Shown piece by piece: positions 14,291 to 25,414 of a stretch of DNA of 64,000 nt; the first letter of the stretch is position 1; every line of letters begins with the position of its first letter. The position numbers and the translations under genes were made by a program. The DNA lies in contig OZ024744.1 of NCBI GenBank assembly GCA_964016885.1, forward strand, positions 35,712,001 to 35,776,000, given 5' to 3'. This DNA comes from Eledone cirrhosa. Lineage: Eukaryota. The notes below the pieces were generated by a model. It worked only from the letters and a program-made list of their open reading frames with translations. It did no database searches and had not been told where the DNA came from.

Positions 14291-14330
<40 letters not shown>

Positions 14331-14836
14331 CCAAATGTTAAACAAGGTTCATTGATTATTCAATGAATATAGTTTTACAATAGATTAAAAGCACTCAACG
14401 GAGAAGTTTTCCGGAGTTATTAATATTATTCAAAATATTAATAAATGGAGATTATCGCTAGAAGGCATTTCTCCGTCGGAGAATATAAAATTCTCGAGTT
14501 AAAAATTACTGTATGTATGTATATAGGAAAAAGTCAGGACCCCGATGGCTGAACTTCAGCCTTTTCCACAGTTAGATCCGAACTAATCCACCAGTTACTG
14601 GGAACAGACGTGTTCCTCTTAGCTCTCTCGCTGTTAACTTATTAACTGAGCTTAAACTTAGCTGCCTTTCTTAACTTCGTTTGCTCTCCCTTTGGTTACT
14701 CTACATACATGTACCACTGTACTGCGTAACCCCCTCTTTATCCGTTTGTTATTTTTTCTATTTTTTCTTTTCTTTCTTTCTCTTCCGTTTTTTTTCTCTC
14801 TCTTCGCTATCGTCTCCTTTTCGTCTTTTCTTTCCC

Positions 14837-14945
14837 TAATAACTTTCTAAGTTATTATCGCACTGCGGATAGATGTATTGTCATTAATGCATCGAATCAT
14901 CCGAGACCCGCAGCAGACAATTGAAGAGGGGAAATGTCTATCTCT
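14837..14945 (+). ncRNA. Covarying pseudoknotted hammerhead-like RNA motif, copy B
   Basis: TAATAAC/GTTATTA, CTGCGG/CCGCAG, GATG/CATC and TTGTC/GACAA, then TTGAAGA. Confidence 0.5.
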
Positions 14946-15009
14946 ATGTTTGTGTTTCCTTTATTGACTGCACTCGTTATTAGTAACTACACAGCCTTAC
15001 CCCTTTCAA

Positions 15010-15045
<36 letters not shown>

Positions 15046-15069
15046 TTGAAAGGGGTAAGGCTGTATATA

Positions 15070-16184
15070 TAGAAGTAGTAACACAACAGTTAGTTCACCA
15101 TACCGAGACAATTGTGTTTACCTTATGCGGATCCTCAGCTCGGACTGCTAATTATTATACGGAACAGGAAAAGGAGAAACGGCGTATGAACGCGCATGCG
15201 CAGAAACGGTCACTTCTGCCAAGCGATAAAAATCCATGGTTGAAAGGTGCAAGGGAGATAACTGCGAATGTCCAGAATAAATTGTTCGATTTGATTAGAA
15301 TATTAGAATGTTGTTATTAAGTCCGAAGCTTTGGAGGTGTTTCCAGACGTGTGAACAACGTGAGAAAAGTTAATTTCTTGAAGTTAGGCAATCGCTATTG
15401 CGTAATCTTCTTAGAATATTGATCCTTTCTTCAATACATAGTCCACAAGCTACATATGGCTTGGACTTAGTGATAGATTTCCATTGAATGAAGTAGTCTA
15501 CACCTGAGTCTTTGAGGGACCATACGTGGTTCGTGACCTTCTTGGACGATCATTAGTCCGGGTACCTAAAGGTCGACTGATGTTTCAGGAAGTGTTCCTT
15601 AAACCGCCCTCCGCCATACCCATATATGATTTGACCTCCTGTCGTTGATTTGGTCGGTTGGAAGTGACCACAGCTTCATAAACTACGGCATTGCTGTTGA
15701 AGGAGTCGAGCTTCAGGCTTTCGGCAAGAGCCTCTTAGTGGGGTGCCGCTCTTAGGGCTGTTGGTGATGTGGGCCTTCATATTCTTAGCGCAGGAGTATC
15801 CTAGTTTTACTCTGTCTCTGTTAAAGATGAGCGGTATTTGTGACCTATCTAAGAGGGCTAATTTTTTTTTACCTACATTAGTGTTAACGTTGAGTGAGAA
15901 GGGGGGAGTGAACCAGATAGTTTGTCTATTGGTACGATTTCTTTTTTTATTGATGTTGGTATTAGCAGGGGAGGAAGTAATTGGTTGCGAGAAGCCGCTG
16001 TTAGCTAACACCGCGTTATAGTAGGGTGCCGCTCTGTCAAAGATTGCTTTATTAGAGGAGAGGTTAGATTCTAGTACCGACATTACTTACAAAGTTTCTG
16101 AAAAACATAGGAGGGTGGCATGAGTCCTTGTGTATGTAATTAAGTTTTTTGTTTAGTTTATGGAAGGGTCTGAATTGTGCGAAG
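15070..16184 (-). mobile_element. PLE (YRDDG-type RT), 3' part: thumb/linker, GIY-YIG and pLTR; decayed
   Basis: LSSNKAIFDRAAPYYNAVLANSGF, IWFTPPFSLNVNTNVGK, VVYEAVVT..KSYMGMAEG, VWSLKDSG..IQWK..CGLC. Confidence 0.85.
15103..15143 (-). ncRNA. Degenerate minimal hammerhead in PLE pLTR
   Basis: ccgag-CTGAGGA-t-cc/gcataa/gg-t-AAA-cacaattg-T-ctcgg. The G of GAAA is missing. Confidence 0.55.
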
Positions 16185-17039
16185 CTCTAAATCACAGGTT
16201 CTCAACCCATTTAGGCCAAACGCCCCCTTTTGTCCCTCGAAATCACGAAACGGCCCCCTACCCTATTTTTCCATTTTTCAATGTACTACTTATTTTGATA
16301 TCAGTAGATTACTAAAAAAGATTAACAATATTCCAAAGATACCATTGCAGGCAGCTGAGAGTATAAATACATTCCTTGAAAGGAAATATATAAATTTCAA
16401 AAAAGGAACATAAATGTTCTTTTTTATGAATAAGCACCAGTTGAATTTATTATATTCCCACCAGGCGATACCAACTATTTTGAACATTTATACAAGAGCA
16501 ACTCTGTCTATCCCAAGAGTGTTCTTCTCTGGAAGAAAGTGGCAATTATATCATTTCAAAGCTTTCCAATTTTCCCTTTAATGAAACGGACATAATAAAT
16601 ATCTAACTTGATGTCCCCTCTGCTTTGTGAGCTTAGAGACCTCGGAAGAGGGTTTTCATGACCACGCGGGAGGGTATATTTATTAATAAATGGTAAAATA
16701 TATACAACAAATGAGTAATTAAATTGTAGTAGATGGTTTCCAGTCCAGTCAGACTGCAACTACAAATAAAAAAATTGTTAGTTTGCTTTGTAACAATAGC
16801 ATATCCAAGTTTTCGTATAAATCAACTTACTTTAACTTTGACCTCATTTCAATGGGACCCTTGAACTTTATGGAGTCTAGCTAACTCTTTGACGTGAGGC
16901 TGAATTTTCGTAAGATGTAGCCGGAGATCTCCACGTGTAATTACATTGTAGCGGTTGCGAGCCTTACTGTGTAGTCTGGAAACAGCACCAAACCTCCTCT
17001 TGACTAAGTATGAGTTTGTAAAAGACAGAGCAAATCTTT

Positions 17040-17870
17040 TAGCCTCTGCATGTAGGAGTGGAAATCAACGCTGAATTTCCTCTTGTATCCAAAAAAGGGG
17101 TTCACCTATTTTAGGAAATCTAATTTTGATCATGTCATCTGCTTGAAGTTCAATGAATTCTTCCTGAAATATAACGTCCAAATCATCGACGTTAGCTATG
17201 AAGGGATGTCCATCGGCAAAAGGTCGACAAACCGTTCTCTCATGTTGTCTTGTAGCGCATGGAGGTGAGCGGTATAAATTTGGAGTTGGTCGTCGCTTAC
17301 AATGTTTTGAACATTGGCGACACTAAGAAAATTATAGAATTCCCGTCAACAAAGATTCCTTTCAATTTGGCCAGGAATGTTTTCACAGCTTCCTTGCTTT
17401 AAGCAAGGTGATCTTCTTCCCCTGCAAAGCCAAAATGACGCTATTGCATTTGTCGAAGATGTTGGTGAGGTAGGCGCAGTTTTGTCTCACATCGAGAGTT
17501 TTCTTGTACAGTTCTGTGTTGCGTCCTCGCAGAAACTCAATGATAGAGTCGAACAGTTCAAAGAAGTGAGTAAAGCACTTGCCCTTTGAAAGCCACCTCA
17601 CTTCATTGTGAAGGAGCAACTTGACGAATTCTTCGTCATTATCTTGGCACGGTTGCCAGAAAATTTGTTCATTGAGGGAATGCCGTTTGATAAAATTGAT
17701 GACATCAATGGCCACCTGCAAGGACTTGCTCAGTGGCTTGCTGAGTTTCTTCGCAGCCAAGTGTTGTCGATGAATGACACAATGAACAACAAATACAGAT
17801 AGATTTTCTCTGTTCAGAAGAGTGACGAAACCCTTATGCTGGCCGACCATTGCTCTTGCGTCGTCCATAG
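17040..17870 (-). pseudogene. hAT transposase remnant (ZBED5/SCAND3-like)
   Basis: DDARAMVGQHKGF, VHCVIHRQHLAAK, LLLHNEVRWLSKGKC. Confidence 0.88.
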
Positions 17871-17879
17871 CACATGATA

Positions 17880-18420
17880 CAATGTGTGTTGTATTTGGTC
17901 CTATATGTATGTATTACCTGCCTGTGTGTTGTAGGTAGTCCTAGATGTATGGATTACCTGCTTATGTATTGCATGTGGTCCCAGTTGTATGTAGTCCTAG
18001 ATGTTTGTATGATCTCCTTATGTGTTGTATGCGGTCCTAGATGTGTGTGCTACCTCCTTATGTGTTGTATGTGGTCCTAAATGTATGTATTACCTGCCTG
18101 TGTGTTTTATGTGGTCCTAGATGTGTGTGCTACCTCCTTATGTGTTATATGTGGTCCTAAATGTATGTATTACCTGCCTGTGTGTTGTATGTGGTCCTAG
18201 ATGTGTGTCTACCTCCTTATGTGTTGTATGTGGTCCTAAATGTATGTATTACCTGCCTGTGTGTTGTATGTGGTCCTAGATGTGTGTGATACCTCCTTAT
18301 GTGTTGCATGTGGTCCTAGATGTGTGTATTACCTGCTTATGTGTTGTATGTGGTCCTAGATGCGTGTATTACCTGCTTATCTGTTGTATGTGGTCATATA
18401 TATGTGTGCTACACGCTTCT
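17880..18420. repeat. ~40-bp tandem repeat inside the hAT element
   Basis: TGTGTTGTATGTGGTCCTA(G/A)ATGT(G/A)TGT(A/G)TTACCT(G/C)C(C/T)T repeated ~13 times, with alternating variants. Confidence 0.9.
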
Positions 18421-18486
18421 GTGTTTTTATTTATTTTTTTTATTTGTAATTTTATTTATACAATAGGGAATAAAATAGATCTACAT

Positions 18487-18795
18487 CAGTGCTTCTCAAA
18501 CTATCTGATGTGGCGGAGCAGCATTTCTTTTTCAATGTGCCACGTACCGCTAATATTTCGTAGTAATATTAATTTATACCGGAAACGATATATATAATGA
18601 ATATAATAATAGTTGACCATTTTTTTATCTTCTATTTATTTTGTAAACAAATAATACAATATCAAAACATATAAAAAAGTAATAAAAAAATTCCTCAAAT
18701 GATTCCTTAGCATGGCCTGGACACTGGCCGCGTACCGGTAGCTGATGGCTCGCGTACCGGCACCGGTCTGCGGACCACGACTTTGAGTAGAACTG
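18487..18795. mobile_element. hAT-type MITE nested in the hAT element
   Basis: Perfect 8-bp TSD ATCTACAT (18479-86, 18796-803). TIRs CAGTGCTTCTCAAA / TTTGAGTAGAACTG. Confidence 0.9.
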
Positions 18796-19143
18796 ATCTA
18801 CATAGTGTTAACTCGTTACGGTGAATGGCTGCGCTCATAGCGTCCTTGGCCCAGTTGACTGTGGGTTTTTCCATTTTTAGGATCTCAATTACCGGTTAAT
18901 GTCTAGACACGCCTGCTCACAGCTGCGGTCAGACCATAGTTATGCTGTCTGAATGCTCATTCAAATGCATTCACACTGGCTGTCTCAAAGACATACAAAT
19001 ATGGCTTATAATACTTACCAAAGTAAAGAGCCTTCCAGTGCTCTCCAAAGCTCCAAACGCCCCCTTAACGACCCTTGTTCCCCCCCCCCTGGAGTTCCGA
19101 AACGCCTCCCGGGGCTGCATATGCCCCTCGTTGAGAACCTTTG

Positions 19144-19730
19144 GTTTAAATTAATGTCTAAGAAATCTACGCTAGAGAGGTTGGTAGCTACTGTTATCCT
19201 AAGTCCTAACTCATTAAATCTTTTTTAAAGAAATTAAATCTTTTTTAAACCTGTCCAGGTTGTGACCACTTTTATGGCTCGATAGGGTCTGACCATCGTC
19301 GCGATATATTCCCATATGGAAGTCCGGGAATCTTACACGTAATATATCTAAAATAAATAGGTCAACCAAGTCGCATACATTACCATTGTCTAACGATCTC
19401 ACGGAGACGTCGAATAGTTCTGAAGTGATTGACTTCTGTCCAAGCTACTCCATTGTTGAAGAGGAGGATTTTCCGGCAGTGTGCGATGATCTCCCTTTCT
19501 AATTCATGGACGGTAGTGTAAGTGGTAGCAAAGTCCAACGCTTTGTTCAAGAGAGTCACTGAGACCGACGGGTAAAAATCCACAATGTCTAATTGCGTGA
19601 ACGCTTTTTTGGAGTTGAAGGAGTTAAACCACTTAATGACGGAGTCGCTGTTCTCCCACTGGGACAGGTTGGACTTGGTCCTAATGGTCTTAACTATGTT
19701 CCTAAGCCTTACTAACTAGTCCCATTTCCG
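19144..19730 (-). mobile_element. PLE RT core (5' part of the element split by hAT)
   Basis: DIVDFYPSVS..LLNKALDFA, GNVCDLVDLFIL...GIYRDDG, VDFLDINL. Confidence 0.85.
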
Positions 19731-19776
19731 TGCGTGCCGTCTACTACTACGGATATTACCTTCCAGTGTTCAACCT

Positions 19777-19836
<60 letters not shown>

Positions 19837-20260
19837 TGAAAGGGCTGAGGTCAGACACCTTTCTCTCCGGCCAACAACTGATTCTTTTTTTCAAATACCA
19901 CTTTGGAAGAAGAATCAGGATGGAGAGAGAGGTGCTGTACCCCAGCAAGTTTTATGAAAGGTGGGTGAAAGTGGCGAGAATGGCCCGAGTGAATGGGCCT
20001 TCTCTCTATATCAGCCTGTAGGTTGAGGAAAAGGAGGAGGAGAGGAAAGGAGTACAAGCTCTTCGTACTCCTGGAGATGAGGGTTGCACATTTTTTTCGG
20101 GGGTCTGTGTTACCCATATAAACTGTCTCCCTCTATTGGGGAAAATCGACTAACTTTTAAATTCCATCTGTGATAACATTTTACACGTTTTTATTGTATG
20201 TAAACTTCCCCCTTTGTATTTGTCCCCTTCTTTTGTGCCCCTGTGGCTAATAAAGAAATA
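19837..20260 (+). mobile_element. Tx1-clade 3' end fragment flanked by (TATC)n
   Basis: LKGLRSDTFLSGQ..FFKYHF.RRIRMEREVL..ERWVKVARMARVNGP matches the ORF2 C-terminus at 36780-36969. 3' UTR ends in AATAAA. Confidence 0.88.
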
Positions 20261-20309
<49 letters not shown>

Positions 20310-20310
<1 letters not shown>

Positions 20311-23079
20311 GCACCTTAGTTAAGTGCCTGGCGATCGTCAACAACAGGTGGTGGAGCTCTCTCAAGAGAGCAATTAGAATAGAATCGATGGCATTTAGCA
20401 AGGAAGTAGCTTTAGAAAAATCAAAACCGAAAAGGCACTTAAGAATGGCAGTACAGCTGACGTGCTAGCGGCGAGAACGGCACTAGACCAGTTCTTCAAC
20501 GTGAAACACGAAGGTTGTATTGTCAGAAGTAGAACACGTACTCTAAGAAACGAGGGAGCCAAAGCTGTTAGCTGGGCCTGGGTGGCAGAGGCGAAAAGTG
20601 GCAACAAATCCACAATTCGGTCTTTGCAAGACAAAGATGGACGTATTCTACTTGAATCCAAGCAGATGTGCACGGCCTTCCAGCAGCATTTAGCACAACT
20701 GTTCCGGTAAAGCGGTACGTCGAGCGAGGTGATGGACTTCAGTTCCTATCTCGACGGCGTACCACGACTCTCGAGCACGGATGCGGAGAGCTGTGAAAGG
20801 CCGATAACAGCGGGCAAAATAGAAGATGCCCTAGGCCGCTGTGTGAAACGCAAATCTCCCGGTTTAGATGGTCTACCCTATGAGTTTTACATAAACATGC
20901 TAGACTTGTTCTCTGGCGTCCTCGAAGTGGTTTACTGCAACTGGCAGCAGAACGGGAGGATTCCCAGTTCTGTAGGCAGAGGCGTAGTAACGCTGATCAG
21001 GAAAGATGAGAACAAGGGGGATGAGATAAGCGATTTCAGGCCCATAACATTGCTCAACACAGAGTTAAAGATTTTGGCCAAGGTGCTAGAAGCGAGGCTG
21101 GCGCTTTTCGTCGACAACCTGGTAGAGGAAGTGCAAACGTGTGCAATCCCGACCAGGTCCATACACAACAACCTTCACCTCATGCGATACATCATAGAGA
21201 GAGTAGGTAGTAAACCTGGCTTCGGTGGGGCTCTGATCAATTTAGATGAATCTAAGGCATTTGATAGGGTCGACCATCAGTACTTGGAAGCGGTTCCCAA
21301 GGCGGCCGGCTTCGGTCCCGTCTTAGGAGGCTGGATCGCTGCCATGCACACCAGCATCTGCTCGGCAGTCAAGGTGAATGGCTACCTATCGGAGCCATTC
21401 CAAATCATGCATTCCATCCGTCAGGGGTGCCCTCTCTCCTCCATTCTGTATGTACTGACTCTAGAGCCATTACTGCGGAAGTTGAAGCTGTTGCAGGGCA
21501 TTCCGACCGAATCAGGATGCGGAAAGCAGCGTCGGCCTATGCCGACGACATAACCGTAATGGTGTCGAAAACCTCGGACATTGGGGTAATCGGCAACCTA
21601 TTACAGGAATAGGAAAGGTTGACAGGAGAAAGACTAAACACAAACAAGTCTGTCGGTTTGCAATCCGGCACATGGAGAGGCAAACCAATGCCTTCCGACA
21701 GTGTCGTTGGACGCTGGACGGAAGGACCGGTGAAATTGCTTGGGGTCCAGACCTCCTGGTGGACAAGAACTGGAACGAGGTCACAGCGAAGGTGTTTGCA
21801 CTCACCCAGAAGTGGGCTGAGTGCAAACTCTCCTTGAAAGGTCGAACGGAGGTGGCGAACACTTACATAGCGTCCGTCATCTACTACCGCTTGACAGTCA
21901 TGCCTTTTCCCCGCGAATACCTCACCAAAATGGAACGCCTACTTTTCAAGTACCTCTGGAAGAAACAGGCTCCATTGGTGAGGAGATCCATCTGCTGTCA
22001 ACACCCTTCTAACGAAGACTTGGGCATGCCGTGGCTGATGATGCGCAAACCGGCGAACCGGTGTGGCTGTCATTTTTGAGACGAGCTCTTCCACAACTCG
22101 TCTCACTAACAGAGCTGCAGTCCTGGGTCAAGTGAAGACCGAAAATGGGCGCCTGGCACATCGAGTGCCTTCAGGCGCTCACAGCCCTCTACCAAGCGGA
22201 AACAGCAATCAGCGGAGACATTCTATAGGGGATTAGTGGATGATAAGTGCGACGACGTTCTCGGGGAAACTCTAGGTATCGAGGAAGACCAACTGACCAG
22301 TCTGTTCGGGAAGACTTTCCGTCCAGGGCCTATGGATAACTTCCAGAGGTCTCTGGCCTGGCAGTGCTACCGAGGCGCTCTACCAGTTACAGACAAAATC
22401 TACAAGCACAGAGGCCCTGGCACTGATCCTGCCAAAAGGACCGGTCCAAGATGCGAGCAGGATATCGAAACCGTTCTGCACGCAATTGTTCAGTGCTCAG
22501 GGGTGACCGACCTGTGGAATTATGTCGAACAACTATTGTCACGTGTAGGACGCATCCAGTTGTCAGCCGAGTCCATCTTCATTTCAGAATGAAGGAGAGG
22601 CGGTTTTCCTCTGTCTGGTGGCTATGGCTAAAGAGGTAATATGGTGGACGAGGTTAAAAGGACTGAGGGCAAACACCTTTCTCTCCGGACAACAACTCAT
22701 CCCCTTCTTTAAGTACCACTTCAGAAGGAAGGTGAGAGTGGAGAGCGGTGCTACACCCCAGTAAATTCGCTGAAATGTGGGTAAATGTGGCCAAAATGAT
22801 GGAGGTGATGGACGGCTTCTGTATATAAATCTGTAGGTTGAGGAAGATAAACTGAGGGAAGACGGGAACACCCACAAAACGTGTTCCTGGTGTTGAGGGT
22901 TGTTCTATGCACGGGGTGTAAAACAACCCCGAAGTAGCGTTACCCCAACCCAATGGGGATTTCAATTGTTTTATTTTTATATAGTTTATTGTTATTTATC
23001 ATTGTTAAAGATTTTATTTAAAACCCCCGCCGTCACGTCTTTAATCTCCCATTTTTGTACGCTCCCGTGGCAAATAAAG

Positions 23080-23080
<1 letters not shown>
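20310..23080 (+). mobile_element. 5'-truncated, decayed Tx1/L1-clade LINE (RT plus C-terminal zinc finger)
   Basis: KSPGLDGLPYEFY, FRPITLLNTELKILAK, KAFDRVDH, RQGCPLS, YADD. Collinear with ORF2 at 34360-36969. Confidence 0.93.
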
Positions 23081-23154
<74 letters not shown>

Positions 23155-23283
23155 AAGGTTAAACAAGGTTCAATGAATAAATCAAAGAATAAAGTTTTAC
23201 AATACATTAGAAGCACTCCACAGTGTTGGTTATTAATATTAATTCAAAATATTAACAAAAATAGACATTCGTGTGATCAAGTA

Positions 23284-23350
23284 TATTTTATTATACATAT
23301 TTCAGAGGTACTGAGCTATCTTCAACAGTACGTTCTCATCAGATAAAATA
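23284..23350 (-). ncRNA. Hammerhead ribozyme (mirror of 23536)
   Basis: Reverse complement TATTTTAT-CTGATGA...GAAA-TATGTA-TA-ATAAAATA. Confidence 0.75.
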
Positions 23351-23535
23351 AAATGATGCATGACATACCCTGACTAAGTAGATGGTTAAAATTCAGTCAT
23401 GGCATGACTGAATTTTAACCATCTACTTAGTCAGGGTATGTCATGCATCATCTTATTTTAGTAGATGGTTAAAATTCATTCTGCCATGACTGAATTTTAA
23501 CCATCTACTTAGTCAGAGTATGACATGTATCATCT

Positions 23536-23602
23536 TATTTTATCTGATGAGGACGTACTGTTGAAGATAGCTCAGTACCTCTGAAATATGTATAATAAAA
23601 TA
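23536..23602 (+). ncRNA. Type-I hammerhead ribozyme
   Basis: tattttat-CTGATGA-gg..gtactg/loop/cagtac..ct-GAAA-tatgta-TA-ataaaata. 8-bp stem I; self-complementary stem III (dimer type). Confidence 0.78.
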
Positions 23603-23777
23603 TACTTGATCACACGAATGTCTATTTTTGTTAATATTTTGAATTTATATATATATATATATATATCCAAAATGAAGATAAATCAAAATGAATTTAATCT
23701 AAATCAAAATTATGGTTTAATTTTGATTTAGATTAAATTCATTTTGATTATTCTTAATTTTGGATATAGATATATAA

Positions 23778-24202
23778 ATACGGCTCCTTAATTGTAGAGC
23801 TAACTCTGTTGAAAGGACTTGACTGCTGTTTCTAGTTGTCGATAACCCTATTCACGCCACTGGGACGAAGCTGGTATTATGTGTGTATTTTTAGTGGATA
23901 CAGCACGTGTTACTGGCCAGTCGCTGATTTGAACTTAATGCGTAAACACAGATCACTGGACTTCTTCCGTGTTGAAAATCCAAGTACCGGCCTCCGTCGT
24001 TTACCAATCGATTAATTGGTGAAATATATTTCTTTAATGGAATATATAGAGGGAAGATTAATCATATTATAAGGTATCTATTTTTGAAGTTCTATTTAAC
24101 TTTATTTAGTTACTACCTAGCTATGTGCGGTTACACACTTGTAAAGATTATCCCCTGTGATTGTTTCATATGTTTATTTATATGTTAATAAATTTCTAGT
24201 TG

Positions 24203-24205
<3 letters not shown>
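23778..24205. repeat. Second copy of the 12425-12825 repeat family
   Basis: Collinear similarity over ~400 bp. Flanked by (TA)n. Confidence 0.75.
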
Positions 24206-24280
<75 letters not shown>

Positions 24281-24329
24281 TAGTTTTGCGAGGTTTTTTA
24301 TATGAAATCGTGTGTCGAAACAAATATTG

Positions 24330-25130
24330 TTATACTTGGGGAGGGTCATATTTGTGTAATATTGCCAGAATTAATAACAGAACACACTCACTGTTTGGTT
24401 GGTTTTCGCTTCTCGCTTCTGTGTCTTTTATATCGGTAATCTAACTTACTCGGTCCTCAATGTTGCCATTGACTGACCGACGGTCAAAAATAATACAGAT
24501 ACAATATAGACACAAACACATATATATATAGTTTATCATAAATCTTTCGTTGCACATCTGCAACATCGTCAGTGGTGTTATCGTTTCCTCCTGTTGTATT
24601 ATATGTCTACGCCATTTTAATTCAGTCTGTCTATATATTTATTTATTTATTTGCTTGTTTGTTTATTTTATTTTGTCTTCTTTGCGCATGCGTTTGCGTG
24701 TGTGTAGTGTTTTGTTTGCTGTGTGATGGGTGACTAGTGTGTGTTTATGTGCTTGTTGTTATTGTGTTTGTGTATGTATTTATTTATTTATTTATTTATT
24801 TTATTTTATTTACTTATTTATACTTCTCTTAGGTCAGTGTTGTTTGTTTGGGTGTTGTTGTTATTCCATTCATTCTTTCTGTTTAGCCTTGGCCTTCTAA
24901 TTTCTATTTCACTGGCCTCTCTGATTTGCCTATCTGCTGGGTCATTTCTATGTTTAGATATTATTCTAATTTCTATGTTGTCTATGTTACCGTCATGTTG
25001 TTGTCTAGCATGTTCGTATAGTACTGACCCGTTTTTTCGTCCTTTTAGTTCCCCCCAGTGTTGGTCTATCCTTGTATGGGCTCCGCAAAGACCACAAGAA
25101 TGAATGGAATAACAACAACACCCAAACAGA
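24330..25130 (-). mobile_element. PLE 3' fragment (GIY-YIG end plus pLTR), same family as 62075-62975
   Basis: Near-identical to 62072-62845. Short inverted duplication at 25097-25128. Confidence 0.88.
24535..24576 (-). ncRNA. Minimal hammerhead ribozyme
   Basis: acca-CTGACGA-t-gttgca/gatg/tgcaac-GAAA-gatt-TA-tg. Stem I is short. Confidence 0.72.
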
Positions 25131-25201
25131 GAGCTTCTAACAGTAATGGTTGCATTTTTTAAGGGTATGTCAATATTTATTTATAAAACTGATCTATATT
25201 C

Positions 25202-25266
25202 TATTTTATCTGATGAAAGCGCACTATAATTTAACTTGGTGTCCTTGAAATATGTATAATGAAATA
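25202..25266 (+). ncRNA. Type-I hammerhead ribozyme (divergent relative of 23536)
   Basis: tattttat-CTGATGA-aag.gcacta/loop/tggtgt.ctt-GAAA-tatgta-TA-atgaaata. Stem II sequence differs but still pairs. Confidence 0.8.
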
Positions 25267-25414
25267 AATATGGTTTTATAATTTAGTTTCCATTTGTTAA
25301 TATCGTATTTTTACTCCAAATATTTGTTGAGTGCTTTATATCAATTATAAAAATATTTGCTTGTTGTATACCAGCAATTTAAATAGAACTTTTACATATA
25401 TGTATATATATATA

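Larger units (their letters stand above)
12975..14300 (-). mobile_element. 5'-truncated Penelope-like element: GIY-YIG 3' end plus pLTR, with inverted pLTR copy
   Basis: 13526-13815 minus strand VVYRLECDKCSNFYVGSTTRPLHIRIKEH. 13000-13470 is the inverted repeat of 13818-14297. Embedded in (TA)n. Confidence 0.9.
16193..19143 (-). mobile_element. hAT (Charlie/Buster-type) DNA transposon, decayed, inserted into the PLE
   Basis: TIRs CACAGGTTCTCAAC / GTTGAGAACCTTTG. 8-bp TSD CTCTAAAT/GTTTAAAT. The PLE reading continues on both sides. Confidence 0.85.
23155..23647. mobile_element. Non-autonomous fold-back PLE-type element with two hammerheads
   Basis: 23235-23400 is inverted at ~23480-23647, with a partial internal re-inversion. 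Flanked by (TA)n. Confidence 0.75.
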
